Positions 39,494 to 54,993 are shown, numbered from the stretch's first letter. The stretch: DNA of 64,000 nt from an uncultured Chitinophagaceae bacterium (GCA_903881425.1 CAIRTF010000052.1:1705-65704), one strand, 5' to 3'. Numbers and translations are program-made. The notes: a model not told the origin generated them from the letters alone.

Positions 39494-40585
39494 ATGAGTA
39501 ACGATTTGCAAAAACCTGTAATTGGATTTACCTGTGGCGATCTGAACGGTATTGGTATTGAATTGATCATTAAATCATTAGCCAATCACGAAATTTTAGA
39601 TATCTGTGTTCCTGTAATATTTGCCAGTAATAAATGCATTAATTTTTACAGAAAAAGTTTAGCAGATATTAATTTTTTATATAACAGTACTAAAGATTTT
39701 TCTAAACTAAGTATCAAACAAATCAATATTTACAATTGCTGGGAAGAAGAAGTAGTCATCAATCCCGGCATCTTAAATGAAATCGGTGGTAAGTATGCTT
39801 TGATTTCTTTACAACAAGCCACAAAAGCCTTAAAAGACGGGCATATACAAGGATTAGTAACTGCACCTATTCATAAAAAAAATATTCAATCGGAACAATT
39901 TAAATACAGCGGACATACCCCTTATTTAAAAGCAGAATTCAATGTTCCTGATGTGTTGATGTTAATGGTGGCTGATAATATGCGTGTGGGTTTGGTAACA
40001 GAACATATTGCTGTTGCAGAAATAGCCAAACATATAACCAAAGAAAATATTTTACGCAAACTGAATATTTTACACAAGAGTTTACAAAAAGATTTTGGCA
40101 TTGACAAACCGCGTATGGCTGTGTTGGGATTAAATCCACATGCCGGTGATGAAGGATTAATTGGTAATGAAGAAGAAACGATCATCAAACCTGCTATCAG
40201 AGAAGCAAAACAAAACATGATGGTATTTGGTACATATAGTGCAGATGCATTTTTTGCACGCGGACAATATGAAAAATTTGATGGCATATTAGCCATGTAT
40301 CATGATCAGGGATTGATTCCCTTCAAATCATTATCCATTGGCGAAGGCATTAATTATACTGCGGGATTAGGAGCAGTTCGCACAAGTCCTGATCATGGAA
40401 CAGCTTTTGATATTGCAGGAAAAGGCATTGCAGATCATGCTTCATTTTTAGCCGCAACTTTTGAAGCTGTAGATATCATCAGAAGAAGAGCAGGTTATGA
40501 AGAAGTAAGAAGAAATCCACTAAAGAAAATGAGTACAAAATTATTTGCGAACGCGACCGATGAAAGAATTGAAGAAACAGAATAA
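39494..40585 (+). CDS. pdxA: 4-hydroxythreonine-4-phosphate dehydrogenase PdxA
   Basis: PdxA-like over the full length (GDLNGIG, GLNPHAGDEG, RTSPDHGTAFDIAGKG). Confidence 0.9.
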   Translation: MSNDLQKPVIGFTCGDLNGIGIELIIKSLANHEILDICVPVIFASNKCINFYRKSLADINFLYNSTKDFSKLSIKQINIYNCWEEEVVINPGILNEIGGKYALISLQQATKALKDGHIQGLVTAPIHKKNIQSEQFKYSGHTPYLKAEFNVPDVLMLMVADNMRVGLVTEHIAVAEIAKHITKENILRKLNILHKSLQKDFGIDKPRMAVLGLNPHAGDEGLIGNEEETIIKPAIREAKQNMMVFGTYSADAFFARGQYEKFDGILAMYHDQGLIPFKSLSIGEGINYTAGLGAVRTSPDHGTAFDIAGKGIADHASFLAATFEAVDIIRRRAGYEEVRRNPLKKMSTKLFANATDERIEETE

Positions 40586-40593
40586 AAATTGTC

Positions 40594-41469
40594 ATGTCGA
40601 ATCATATCCTCGAAAATTCTTTATTACGAATTGAAATTTCTTCGAAAGGTGCAGAATTACAAAGCATTTTTCACAAAGAACACCAATTGGAATACATGTG
40701 GAGTGGTGATGCAGCTTTTTGGGGAAAGAAAAGTCCTGTATTGTTTCCTATTGTGGGAGGATTAAAAAAAAATACATATTATTATAAAGGAAATTCTTAT
40801 TCATTAAGCAGACATGGTTTTGCAAGAGAAATGGAATTTGATGTAACCAATCAAACCGAAAACAGTATTACATTTTCCATTAGCACAAATGAACAAACTT
40901 TCAAAGTCTATCCGTTTAATTTTCAATTTTCTGTTTGTTATAAATTAACCAACCATCAATTAGCTGTTCAATACATTGTTGAAAATATTGGCAGCGATGA
41001 AATGTATTTTTCCATTGGCGCACATCCGGCTTTTAAAGTTCCTTTAATCAACGAGCTTTCATTCAATGACTTTTATTTGAAATTCAATAAAGTTGAAAAC
41101 GAAGGCAGGTGGCCACTTTCAGCTGATGGGTTGATCGAAAACAAATCCAATCCTTTATTAAATAATACTGATCAACTTTCACTGGCAAAAGAATTGTTTT
41201 ACGGAGATGCATTGGTTTTCAAACATCTGCAATCAAATTCTATTTCAATAATAAGTGATAAAACTTTACATGGATTAAAAGTGCAGTTTGATGGTTTTCC
41301 ATTTATGGGAATTTGGAGTGCGAAAGATTCGAATTTTGTTTGTATTGAGCCTTGGTGTGGCATTGCAGACAGTGTTGATACCAATCAGGATATTACTCAA
41401 AAAGAAGGTATATATCTTTTAAATGCAAAAGAAATTTTCACAAGAAGCTGGAATGTTCAAGTATTTTAA
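40594..41469 (+). CDS. Aldose 1-epimerase family protein
   Basis: 291 aa with the mutarotase-like beta-sandwich pattern (FPIVGG, HGFAR, GAHPAF, CIEPW). Confidence 0.8.
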   Translation: MSNHILENSLLRIEISSKGAELQSIFHKEHQLEYMWSGDAAFWGKKSPVLFPIVGGLKKNTYYYKGNSYSLSRHGFAREMEFDVTNQTENSITFSISTNEQTFKVYPFNFQFSVCYKLTNHQLAVQYIVENIGSDEMYFSIGAHPAFKVPLINELSFNDFYLKFNKVENEGRWPLSADGLIENKSNPLLNNTDQLSLAKELFYGDALVFKHLQSNSISIISDKTLHGLKVQFDGFPFMGIWSAKDSNFVCIEPWCGIADSVDTNQDITQKEGIYLLNAKEIFTRSWNVQVF

Positions 41470-42171
41470 TTATTTAAAGATACTATTATCAATTCCTTTA
41501 TTGATAATATATGAAGTATATGTGATCTCTACTTTTCCTTTTTTACCTTTCATTTTTTCTTTCACATCTTTTGACATATCATCATCGAATTCTAAAGTAA
41601 TTCCTTTTGGCATTTTATAATCTTTAGTGTTGAATGCAAAAATGACCTTATCAGGCAAACTATAATTGGCATACTGACCGTAAAAAAATTCCATTTCATA
41701 AGTGCCATTCTCTTTTGTTGTGGTGATAGCTTTTTTAATTAATAAATTAGATTCATCGATATATAATGTAGTTAAGATAATCTCACTCCCTTCATTCATT
41801 GGCAATAGTTTCACAATTTTTGTTTTACTTCCATCAATTACAGCATCACCAGCCGACAAAGCAACATAGTTATTCATTTCAATCAATGAACTCATATTTA
41901 CGCTCACACCACCTTTGGGTAAAATAGAAATGCCGTTATCTCTTTTAATCTTGAATTGATTGGGCTTTTTAAAAAACACTTTTACTTTACCAACAGGTGC
42001 TTTGATGAAAGCCACGTCTGTCTTCATTTTCCCTTCAGCAACATAATCATTTACCAAATCTAATTTCGCTTTTACTTTTTGCACTAAAGAAGTCATATCC
42101 TGTGCATGAGATAATAACGAAAAATGAAAAATGAAAAGAAATAAAGTTATCTTTCTTAATTGTTTAACCAT
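41470..42171 (-). CDS. LolA-like outer-membrane lipoprotein-sorting/carrier-fold protein, secreted
   Basis: Signal peptide (ITLFLFIFHFSLLSHA) and LolA/LppX-like beta-rich sequence. Last gene of the ABC-2 cassette. Confidence 0.6.
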   Translation of the reverse strand: MVKQLRKITLFLFIFHFSLLSHAQDMTSLVQKVKAKLDLVNDYVAEGKMKTDVAFIKAPVGKVKVFFKKPNQFKIKRDNGISILPKGGVSVNMSSLIEMNNYVALSAGDAVIDGSKTKIVKLLPMNEGSEIILTTLYIDESNLLIKKAITTTKENGTYEMEFFYGQYANYSLPDKVIFAFNTKDYKMPKGITLEFDDDMSKDVKEKMKGKKGKVEITYTSYIINKGIDNSIFK

Positions 42172-42172
42172 A

Positions 42173-42228
42173 TTGACTATTGACTATTGACTATTGACTA
42201 TTGACTATTGACTATTGACTATTGACTC
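42173..42228. repeat. Tandem heptanucleotide repeat: (TTGACTA)x7 plus one TTGACTC
   Basis: Seven perfect and one imperfect unit fill 56 of the 59 nt between the permease stop (42231) and the LolA-like start (42171). Confidence 0.97.
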
Positions 42229-42230
42229 TC

Positions 42231-43106
42231 TCAACTCAGCACATCTTTTTTCTTAAACACATAAATAGAGGCACTTACAAATAAAATAATATGTGCCACT
42301 AATATTAAAGAAGAGTTGATTAGTTTACCTGGATTTTGAATAGTACCTTTTATGGTTTCGTTGTCTGCATTTACTTTCACATCAAAAAATTCTTTCCAAG
42401 CCACCATATGTGTTGTAAATAGATATGGTTTGATTAAATTAAAAATCGGGATACTCATCGTACTTAAAATAGTGAAGAAAATTATTACACTCATTGTTGC
42501 AACAATTGGACCAATTGAATTCTCTGCAAATTGAGATAAAAAGAAACCCAATGCAGCAACGGTTATCATTGCTAAACAAGCGAAGCCAAAAGCACCTGCG
42601 TAACGCCAAAAAATATCTGCATTTTCAATTTGAACTGCATAATTATTTTTCATTAAGAACATATCATCTGTTCCAAATATCAGCATACTTAAAAACAACG
42701 CCAAAATGGCTAACCATATCAATAATAAAATTGTATAAATAGAGGCTGCAAAAAATTTTGCTAAAATAAATTCTGTTCTACTGATGGGTTTAGTAATCAT
42801 CAAACGGAGCGTGCCCATGTTAGCTTCTCCGCTGATCATATCTGCTGCAATCAATGCAATTAACAATGGCACATGCACCAATAATAATTGCAATAATATA
42901 TAACAAACAAAATAGCCGTTAATAATCTTACCGTCAACTTGCAATGAATTACTCAAATCAGCCGTTACAAATGCCGCATATTCTTTACCATCAACCTTTA
43001 ATCCTAATTGAACAATGGTGATCAATGCAGTGATAGCCACGAAAGCAATGTATGTTCGTGGACGACGAAATATTTTATATAACTCAATTTGTAAAAGCGT
43101 CCACAT
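42231..43106 (-). CDS. ABC-2 type transporter permease
   Basis: 291 aa, six-TM ABC-2-like topology. Its start overlaps the ATPase gene by 23 nt. Confidence 0.75.
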   Translation of the reverse strand: MWTLLQIELYKIFRRPRTYIAFVAITALITIVQLGLKVDGKEYAAFVTADLSNSLQVDGKIINGYFVCYILLQLLLVHVPLLIALIAADMISGEANMGTLRLMITKPISRTEFILAKFFAASIYTILLLIWLAILALFLSMLIFGTDDMFLMKNNYAVQIENADIFWRYAGAFGFACLAMITVAALGFFLSQFAENSIGPIVATMSVIIFFTILSTMSIPIFNLIKPYLFTTHMVAWKEFFDVKVNADNETIKGTIQNPGKLINSSLILVAHIILFVSASIYVFKKKDVLS

Positions 43107-44019
43107 GTTGATTACCTGATGTTATCTGTAAAAAATAATCTTCTAAACTATGTTTCGGTTGCAATGAAATAACAGCCGCGTTCATTGCAACCAAGTCTTT
43201 ATGCAACTGAGGAATTTCCTTTCTATCTAATTTCAATACCAATGCATGTTCTCGTTTGGGTTGTAAGTTGTTTTTCCAATTGCTTTGCTGCAGTTGCTTT
43301 AATGTTGTATCATTATCCAAGGTTTCTATCTCAACAATGGTTTGCGATTCATCAAAAAGTTCTGATGCACTTCCTTCAATTAATTTTTTTCCTTTATCAA
43401 TGATCAAAACCTTTGTGGCTATTTGTTCTATCTCAGTTAATAAATGAGACGAAACAACAATGGTTTTATTCATCTCCCTGCTCAATCGTAAAATTAAATT
43501 TCTGATATCGGCAATTCCTTGCGGATCTAATCCATTAGTTGGTTCATCCAAAATAATCAATTTCGGATTATGGACTAAAGCAATGGCAATGCCCAAACGT
43601 TGTTTCATTCCCTGCGAATACGTTTTCACTTTATCTTTTGCTCGTTCTGCTAAACCCACCATTTCTAGCTGATTCATTAAATGCTGATAATCAAATTTAC
43701 CGCCACTCAATCTGGCAAAGAGTTTCAAATTATCGTAAGCAGAGAGGTATTTATAAACATCAGGTTTTTCAATAACAGCACCAATATTTTTTAATATTTC
43801 ATTTCTGTGAGAAGATAAGGGCAGGCCAAAAATTTTAATTTCTCCCGAAGTAGGTTTAATCAAAGTGAGTAACATTCTGATGGTGGTACTTTTACCCGCA
43901 CCATTTTGTCCTAAAAAACCATAAACATCACCTTCATTCACCGTAAAAGAAAGATTATTAACGGCTTGGAATGTTCCGAAAGATTTTGAAAGTGATTTTA
44001 CTTGAATGATCGGCTGCAT
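43084..44019 (-). CDS. ABC transporter ATP-binding protein
   Basis: Walker A GQNGAGKST, signature YSQGMKQR, Walker B ILDEPTNGLD. ATG at 44019. Confidence 0.9.
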   Translation of the reverse strand: MQPIIQVKSLSKSFGTFQAVNNLSFTVNEGDVYGFLGQNGAGKSTTIRMLLTLIKPTSGEIKIFGLPLSSHRNEILKNIGAVIEKPDVYKYLSAYDNLKLFARLSGGKFDYQHLMNQLEMVGLAERAKDKVKTYSQGMKQRLGIAIALVHNPKLIILDEPTNGLDPQGIADIRNLILRLSREMNKTIVVSSHLLTEIEQIATKVLIIDKGKKLIEGSASELFDESQTIVEIETLDNDTTLKQLQQSNWKNNLQPKREHALVLKLDRKEIPQLHKDLVAMNAAVISLQPKHSLEDYFLQITSGNQHVDAFTN

Positions 44020-44072
44020 CTGATACAATAACAGCAAATGTAACGGAAGGTTTTGAATGAGCTTAAATGAAT

Positions 44073-44363
44073 TTATTTTTTCACCTGTAAATATTGCTGC
44101 AAAGATTTTACATAATCTTCAAAAGCCTCAATACCTTTTTTAGTGATTTTACAAGTAGTTAACGGGTAATTATCTTTGAATTGTTTGGTAACATCAATAT
44201 AGCCTGCATCTTTTAATTTTTGCACCTGTACAGACAAATTACCGGCAGTTGAATTTGTTTTTTCTCGAATAAAAGTAAACTCTGCTTCTTTTACACCAAT
44301 CAACAAACTCATGACCGCCAAACGAAGTTGCGAATGTAATATGGGATCTAGATCTTTAAACAT
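44073..44363 (-). CDS. Small winged-helix transcriptional regulator
   Basis: 96 aa with a wHTH-like pattern (LRLAVMSLL...EFTFIREKTNSTAGNLSVQVQKLKDAGYI). Its start overlaps the upstream stop (TAATG). Confidence 0.7.
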   Translation of the reverse strand: MFKDLDPILHSQLRLAVMSLLIGVKEAEFTFIREKTNSTAGNLSVQVQKLKDAGYIDVTKQFKDNYPLTTCKITKKGIEAFEDYVKSLQQYLQVKK

Positions 44364-44881
44364 TAGCAGGCAGTTACATTTTTATATTTTTTGTACAATA
44401 TTAATCCAGGTATCAACCAACAAGCTGTTCCTGCTATTGCATGCAATAACATATCATACCCCGAATTGGTAAAGCAAGAAATAATAAAACAAACATAGGT
44501 TATAATAGCACCGATGATCATTGGTTTAAACTTTTTTGCTAAACCGGTGATCAATGTTGGCATTGCATACAACATAATGTATAAAGAAGAAACACTTAAT
44601 ACATATGGATGAAGTGTTGTAACTGCGCCTGTTGCTATATTCTTCTCTAACCATTCATATCCTTCATTTTTTAAAATATTAGTTGTTGTATATCCAATAA
44701 TATTCTGATAAAAGGTGAGTGAAAAAATAGTGATGGCAAAAACAATCCATACTGCTCCTAATGCAGGGGAATCGAATTGTACGGTTCTTCTCTTTTTAGA
44801 TTCTTTAATAGCAATCCAAATCTGTAAAAGGTTATACTTGTTTGTTTGTAACAAAAAACAGAATGAAATATGAAGATTCAT
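44363..44881 (-). CDS. Hypothetical multi-pass membrane protein
   Basis: 172 aa with about four hydrophobic helices. Translationally coupled to the wHTH gene. Confidence 0.55.
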   Translation of the reverse strand: MNLHISFCFLLQTNKYNLLQIWIAIKESKKRRTVQFDSPALGAVWIVFAITIFSLTFYQNIIGYTTTNILKNEGYEWLEKNIATGAVTTLHPYVLSVSSLYIMLYAMPTLITGLAKKFKPMIIGAIITYVCFIISCFTNSGYDMLLHAIAGTACWLIPGLILYKKYKNVTAC

Positions 44882-45012
44882 TATTCAACAAAAAAATGGT
44901 ATACGCTTCTTTTCCGGATTGGGTTTTCAAATTTAACTTTAACCATTGGATAGAAAGGTCTGATTGTTATTATTTATACGAATTAAATTAACATTATCTT
45001 ATTTCAACTTTT

Positions 45013-45046
45013 ATAAAATAAAATGGCCTCGAAAATTTCGAGGCCA
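45013..45046 (-). terminator. Rho-independent terminator immediately after atpA
   Basis: Minus strand reads ATGGCCTCGAAA-TTTCGAGGCCAT (12-bp palindromic stem) followed by TTTATTTTAT. Confidence 0.7.
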
Positions 45047-45072
45047 TCTACATTATTATTCTTAAAAAGAAT

Positions 45073-46650
45073 TTATTTGTACTGAGACATTAATCCTTTT
45101 GCTAAATCAACCATTTTCTTCACACCATCATCAGGCAAGTTTCCTTTTTTAAATTCAGCTAATACATCCGGTAATTTATTTTCCATCTCTGTTAAGAAAT
45201 GTGCTTCAAATGCTTTCACATTTTTTACAGCCACATCACGCAATAAACCTTGTGTACCTAAATAAATAATAACAACTTGTTTTTCAACACTCATTGGTGA
45301 GTATTGCAATTGCTTTAATATTTCTACGTTACGTGCTCCTTTATCTAATACAACTTTAGTAGCAGCATCCAAATCACCACCAAATTTTGCAAACGCTTCC
45401 ATTTCACGATACAATGCCTGATCTAATTTTAAAGTTCCTGCTACTTTTTTCATTGATTTAATCTGTGCATTACCACCCACACGACTTACAGAGATACCTA
45501 CGTTAATCGCAGGACGAATACCCGAGTTAAACAAGTTACCTTCTAAGAATATTTGTCCGTCAGTAATAGAAATTACATTTGTAGGAATATAAGCTGATAC
45601 ATCACCCGCTTGTGTTTCAATAATTGGTAAAGCAGTTAAACTTCCGCCACCTTTCACTAAATGTTTGATACTTGCAGGCAAATCATTCATATTCTTTGCA
45701 ACATCATCATTACCGATGATTTTCGCAGCTCTTTCCAATAAACGACTATGCAAATAGAATACATCACCCGGATATGCTTCACGACCCGGAGGACGACGTA
45801 ACAACAATGATACCTCACGATAAGCAACTGCTTGTTTAGAAAGATCATCATAAATAATTAATGCAGGACGTCCGGTATCACGGAAGAACTCTCCAATTGC
45901 AGCACCCGCAAATGGTGCATAGAATTGTTGAGGAGCAGGATCTGATGCAGAAGCCGCCACAATAGTTGTGTAAGCCATTGCACCATTATCTTCCAATGTT
46001 TTCATCACACCTGCAACGGTAGATGCTTTTTGACCAATCGCAACATATATGCAATAAACAGGTTTGCCTGCTTCAAAAAATTCTTTTTGATTAATAATGG
46101 TATCAACACAAATAGCTGTTTTACCTGTTTGACGATCACCAATTACCAATTCACGTTGACCACGACCAACCGGAATCATTGCATCAATTGCTTTGATACC
46201 TGTTTGCAATGGTTCTTTTACCGGCTCACGAAAAATTACACCAGGTGCTTTACGCTCCAATGGCATTTCGTATAATTCGCCTGTAACAGGGCCTTTGCCA
46301 TCTATAGGTTCACCCAAAGTATTAATAACACGACCAACCAAACCATCTCCTACTTTAATAGATGCAATTTGTCCGGTACGTTTCACCTTTGCGCCTTCTT
46401 TAATATCGCCACTTTCACCCATTAATACCACGCCTACATTATCTTCTTCCAGGTTCAATGCAATGGCTTTCGTTCCGTTTTCAAACTCAACCAATTCACC
46501 TGATCCAACATTGTTTAATCCATATACACGTGCAATACCATCACCTACAACCAATACTGTTCCTACTTCTTCCAAATCTGCGCTTGCATTGAAATTGCTC
46601 AGCTGTTCTCTTAATATCGCCGATATTTCATCTGGCTTAATTGCTATCAT
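45073..46650 (-). CDS. atpA: F0F1 ATP synthase subunit alpha
   Basis: Walker A GDRQTGKT and alpha-subunit sequence throughout. 525 aa. Confidence 0.97.
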   Translation of the reverse strand: MIAIKPDEISAILREQLSNFNASADLEEVGTVLVVGDGIARVYGLNNVGSGELVEFENGTKAIALNLEEDNVGVVLMGESGDIKEGAKVKRTGQIASIKVGDGLVGRVINTLGEPIDGKGPVTGELYEMPLERKAPGVIFREPVKEPLQTGIKAIDAMIPVGRGQRELVIGDRQTGKTAICVDTIINQKEFFEAGKPVYCIYVAIGQKASTVAGVMKTLEDNGAMAYTTIVAASASDPAPQQFYAPFAGAAIGEFFRDTGRPALIIYDDLSKQAVAYREVSLLLRRPPGREAYPGDVFYLHSRLLERAAKIIGNDDVAKNMNDLPASIKHLVKGGGSLTALPIIETQAGDVSAYIPTNVISITDGQIFLEGNLFNSGIRPAINVGISVSRVGGNAQIKSMKKVAGTLKLDQALYREMEAFAKFGGDLDAATKVVLDKGARNVEILKQLQYSPMSVEKQVVIIYLGTQGLLRDVAVKNVKAFEAHFLTEMENKLPDVLAEFKKGNLPDDGVKKMVDLAKGLMSQYK

Positions 46651-46684
46651 ATTGTAAAATTTAGAATTTTATTTTTTGTTTCCT

Positions 46685-46729
46685 GCTTTTACTTTTCAAT
46701 TAAACATCGTTGTGTCACTCACTTGTACA
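46685..46729 (-). repeat. Degenerate dispersed-repeat copy between atpH and atpA
   Basis: Minus strand reads TGTACAAGTGAGTGACACAACGATGTTTAATTGAAAAGTAAAAGC. Shares 32/45 positions with the 18652 copy by hand alignment. Confidence 0.6.
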
Positions 46730-46749
46730 GTTTGTTCTTTACTCAGCAA

Positions 46750-47313
46750 TTATCTAATATTATGTACATAAGTGTTCTTCGCAAACTGCTTTTTAATATC
46801 TTTCAAATCTCTCAATACACTTGCATCCACTAAATTATTATTGAACTCCAAAACAAATCCACCAATCAGCTTCGGGTCAACTTTTGCTTCTAACTCGATT
46901 GAACCTAATTGATAAGCTGCCTTCACTTTTTCGGTAATTGTGTTTTTTAATTCATTACTCAATTCAACTGCTGAAGTTAATTTCACTTTGTGAATGTCTT
47001 TGATCTCATTGTATTGATCAATAAAAGCTTCAACCACCTCAGGCAAATCACTTTCACGTCCTTTATTAATTAATAATACATTAAATGCATCCGTTAATTC
47101 ACTCACTTTCCCTTTTGTAACTGCAATAACAATGGCTTTTTTCTTATCTGCCGCAACAACAGGGCTGCGCATTAAATTCACAAACTCACGACTGTTTTTA
47201 CAAACAGCTTGCAGATATTGCATGTCTTTATAAATCACTTCCAATTGATTTCTCTCAATCGAAAGATCAACTAAACTCTTTGCATATCTTGCTGCTAAAC
47301 GCGGATTCGGCAT
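46750..47313 (-). CDS. atpH: F0F1 ATP synthase subunit delta
   Basis: OSCP/delta-like sequence in the expected operon position. ATG at 47313; the track start is TTG. Confidence 0.85.
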   Translation of the reverse strand: MPNPRLAARYAKSLVDLSIERNQLEVIYKDMQYLQAVCKNSREFVNLMRSPVVAADKKKAIVIAVTKGKVSELTDAFNVLLINKGRESDLPEVVEAFIDQYNEIKDIHKVKLTSAVELSNELKNTITEKVKAAYQLGSIELEAKVDPKLIGGFVLEFNNNLVDASVLRDLKDIKKQFAKNTYVHNIR

Positions 47314-47369
47314 TTTTTTAATTTGACAATTAGCCAATTTGATAATTATTACATTATCAAATTATCGGA

Positions 47370-47864
47370 TTAATTTAATTTTACTACTTCAGCTAAACCT
47401 TTAATATATTTTTCCTGTTCTGCTTTATCGCTTAATTCTCTTTTCAAAATCTTCTCACTTACCTCAATCACCAAAGCACCCACTTGATTTTTAACATCAG
47501 TTAAAGCAGCATTCTTTTGTTGTTGAATAGCTTGTTGCGCATCTGCAACAATTCTATCATACTCAGATTTTGCTTTTTCCTTTGCTGTTGCCAACATTTT
47601 ATCTGAAGCTTCTTTTGCTTCTTTAATCATCACCGCTCTTTCTTCACGTGCTTTTTGTAACAAAGCTTCGTTCTCATTTTTTAGTTGAGCCATTTCTACT
47701 TTGATCTTTTCAGCAGAAGCAATGGCTTCAGCAATGCCTTCTTCTCTTTCTTTCAAACCTTTAATGATAGCAGGCCATGCAAATTTTTTCAAAATAAAAA
47801 ACACAACTAAAAAAGCAACGAACGTCCACAACAACAACCCCGGATCTGGTGTAAGCAATTTCAT
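47370..47864 (-). CDS. atpF: F0F1 ATP synthase subunit b
   Basis: N-terminal TM helix followed by a long charged coiled coil, in the expected operon position. Confidence 0.85.
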   Translation of the reverse strand: MKLLTPDPGLLLWTFVAFLVVFFILKKFAWPAIIKGLKEREEGIAEAIASAEKIKVEMAQLKNENEALLQKAREERAVMIKEAKEASDKMLATAKEKAKSEYDRIVADAQQAIQQQKNAALTDVKNQVGALVIEVSEKILKRELSDKAEQEKYIKGLAEVVKLN

Positions 47865-47955
47865 ATTATTTCAAATTTCTGTTTTAGATATTAATACTGC
47901 ATCCGCCGCCCTTTGCTTAAGATGCAGTATGTAAGCTTAATAAATTTATCACAAT

Positions 47956-49342
<1,387 letters not shown>

Positions 49343-49420
49343 ACGGTTTGCTAAATTTGGCGCAAAGATAGGGGGATGAGAGTGAAAAGCGGAAAATACA
49401 GATGGGATTTTGAAAAAAAA

Positions 49421-51271
49421 TTAGGCAGTCGGCACTCCTATTTTTTTATGCTTCTCAAATTGCATTTCGTATAACTTGGCATAAAAGCCACCATGTGCCA
49501 ATAACTCATTGTGAGAGCCCATTTCTTTAATTTCTCCTTTATCCAAAACAATAATCTTATTGGCTTTTCGGATAGTGGAAAGCCTATGCGCAATAACTAT
49601 AGAGGTTCTTCCTGCAATGAGAGTATCAATGGCATGCTGAATCAAAATTTCGCTTTCTGTATCAATCGATGAAGTGGCTTCATCTAAAATTAAAATAGCT
49701 GGATTATACAACAATGCCCGAATAAAAGAAATCAATTGCCGTTGGCCTAAACTTAATGTGCTTCCTCTTTCCATCACATTATAATCATATCCATTGGGCA
49801 ATTGCATAATGAATTCATGCATACCAATCATCTTTGCTGCTTCCATCACTCTTTCACGAGAAATTTCAGGATTTCGTAAAGTAATATTATCCATCACCGA
49901 TCCGGAAAATAAAAATACATCCTGTAAAACCACGCCGATATTTTTTCTTAAAAGTTCAACGGATTGATGTTCGATATTGATTCCGTCAATTTTTATTTCC
50001 CCTTTTTGAATATGGTATAATCTATTCAATAAACTAATGATGGAAGTTTTACCACTGCCGGTATGTCCTACTAATGCAACCGTTTCTCCAGCATTTACAT
50101 GAAAAGAAATATTCTTCAACACATAATTATCACTCACGTAAGCGAACGAAACATTTTCAAATTCAATTTCACCTTTCATCACTCCTGAATTCTTATTATC
50201 AAGTTCCGACTTCTTCATCACATCCTCATTATCCAATACTTTAAAAACTCTTTCTGCCGCTACCATTCCCATTTGCAATACATTGAACTTATCTGCGATC
50301 ACTCGCAAAGGACGAAATATTTGATTGAGATACATGATGAAGGCAACAATTTTCCCGGAAAAATTAATATGAGAATCCGGATTGGCAATAGCCAAATTAG
50401 CTACCCACCAAACAATCAATGCAGTGCTGATGGCCAACACAATTTCAACCACCGGAAAAAAAATACTATATGCAAAAATGGCTTTCACATTGGCATTTCT
50501 GTGTTCCCGATTGATATTTTTAAACTTATTGAATTCTTTGTCTTCCGCAGCAAAGGCCTGCACCACCTGCATTCCGGTAATATGCTCCTGCACAAACGCA
50601 TTCAATGCGGCAACGGCATTTCGCACACGAATAAAACTTTTATTTACACTTTCTTTAAAATAATAAGTGGCAATAATTAAAATTGGAAACGGAATTAAAC
50701 TGATCAATGCTAATCTCCAATCGATCCAAAACATGGTTGCTAATGTGATGATGATAGTAAGCAAATCGGCAACTATAGGTATTAATCCATCACTAAAAAT
50801 ATCATTGATGCTTTCAATATCATTAATGGTTCTGGTAGTTAATGTACCAATAGGTGTTTTATCGAATTGAGATAAATTCAAACTCACAATCTTCTTATAC
50901 ACTGTTACTCGCAAATCCTTCACTACATTTTGTCCAAGCCATGCTGTTACAAAAGTGAATACAAAGCGAATGCTCGTTTCAATCAATAAAAAAATGATTT
51001 GAAAAATAGTGACGGCAACAATGAACTGAATAATATCACTATTATTTTTTTGAAACAAAATAGTTTGTATCCATTCGGGAACATGAATATCCTTTCCGGT
51101 AGATTTATCAACAGTTAATTGGATGAGATATGGTCGAATGGGCGCAAAAGCAGCCATTACAATGGCCAACATTAAACTAATGTAAAAAATTCTTTTGTAT
51201 GGTTTAACAAAATGAAAAACTCTACGCAGTAAAAGAAAATTGAAAGTTTGTTTTTTAGTTGTATCACTCAT
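49421..51271 (-). CDS. ABC transporter permease/ATP-binding fusion (MsbA-like exporter)
   Basis: Six-TM exporter domain plus an NBD (GHTGSGKTS, LSLGQRQ, ILILDEATS). ATG at 51271. Confidence 0.85.
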   Translation of the reverse strand: MSDTTKKQTFNFLLLRRVFHFVKPYKRIFYISLMLAIVMAAFAPIRPYLIQLTVDKSTGKDIHVPEWIQTILFQKNNSDIIQFIVAVTIFQIIFLLIETSIRFVFTFVTAWLGQNVVKDLRVTVYKKIVSLNLSQFDKTPIGTLTTRTINDIESINDIFSDGLIPIVADLLTIIITLATMFWIDWRLALISLIPFPILIIATYYFKESVNKSFIRVRNAVAALNAFVQEHITGMQVVQAFAAEDKEFNKFKNINREHRNANVKAIFAYSIFFPVVEIVLAISTALIVWWVANLAIANPDSHINFSGKIVAFIMYLNQIFRPLRVIADKFNVLQMGMVAAERVFKVLDNEDVMKKSELDNKNSGVMKGEIEFENVSFAYVSDNYVLKNISFHVNAGETVALVGHTGSGKTSIISLLNRLYHIQKGEIKIDGINIEHQSVELLRKNIGVVLQDVFLFSGSVMDNITLRNPEISRERVMEAAKMIGMHEFIMQLPNGYDYNVMERGSTLSLGQRQLISFIRALLYNPAILILDEATSSIDTESEILIQHAIDTLIAGRTSIVIAHRLSTIRKANKIIVLDKGEIKEMGSHNELLAHGGFYAKLYEMQFEKHKKIGVPTA

Positions 51272-51400
51272 TCTGCAAGCAAATGTAATAATATTAAGAG
51301 GCACGCTGTTTTCCGATTATGGAAAAATAAATGCGATAACATTTTTCTTCAATCATCATTTCATCAAAATTCGGTATCGTTTTCTTATATTCGTTATTGT

Positions 51401-54993
<3,593 letters not shown>

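Noticed and set aside
46193-46657. 154-aa ORF antisense to atpA, and the similar long antisense ORFs at 13071-13559, 2506-2982, 26855-27313, 51820-52200, 9914-10222, 19753-20064, 37208-37522 and 47966-48280
   Set aside because: All lie entirely within well-supported conserved genes on the opposite strand. They have low-complexity S/P/T/I-rich translations typical of antisense frames and no independent start or terminator context.
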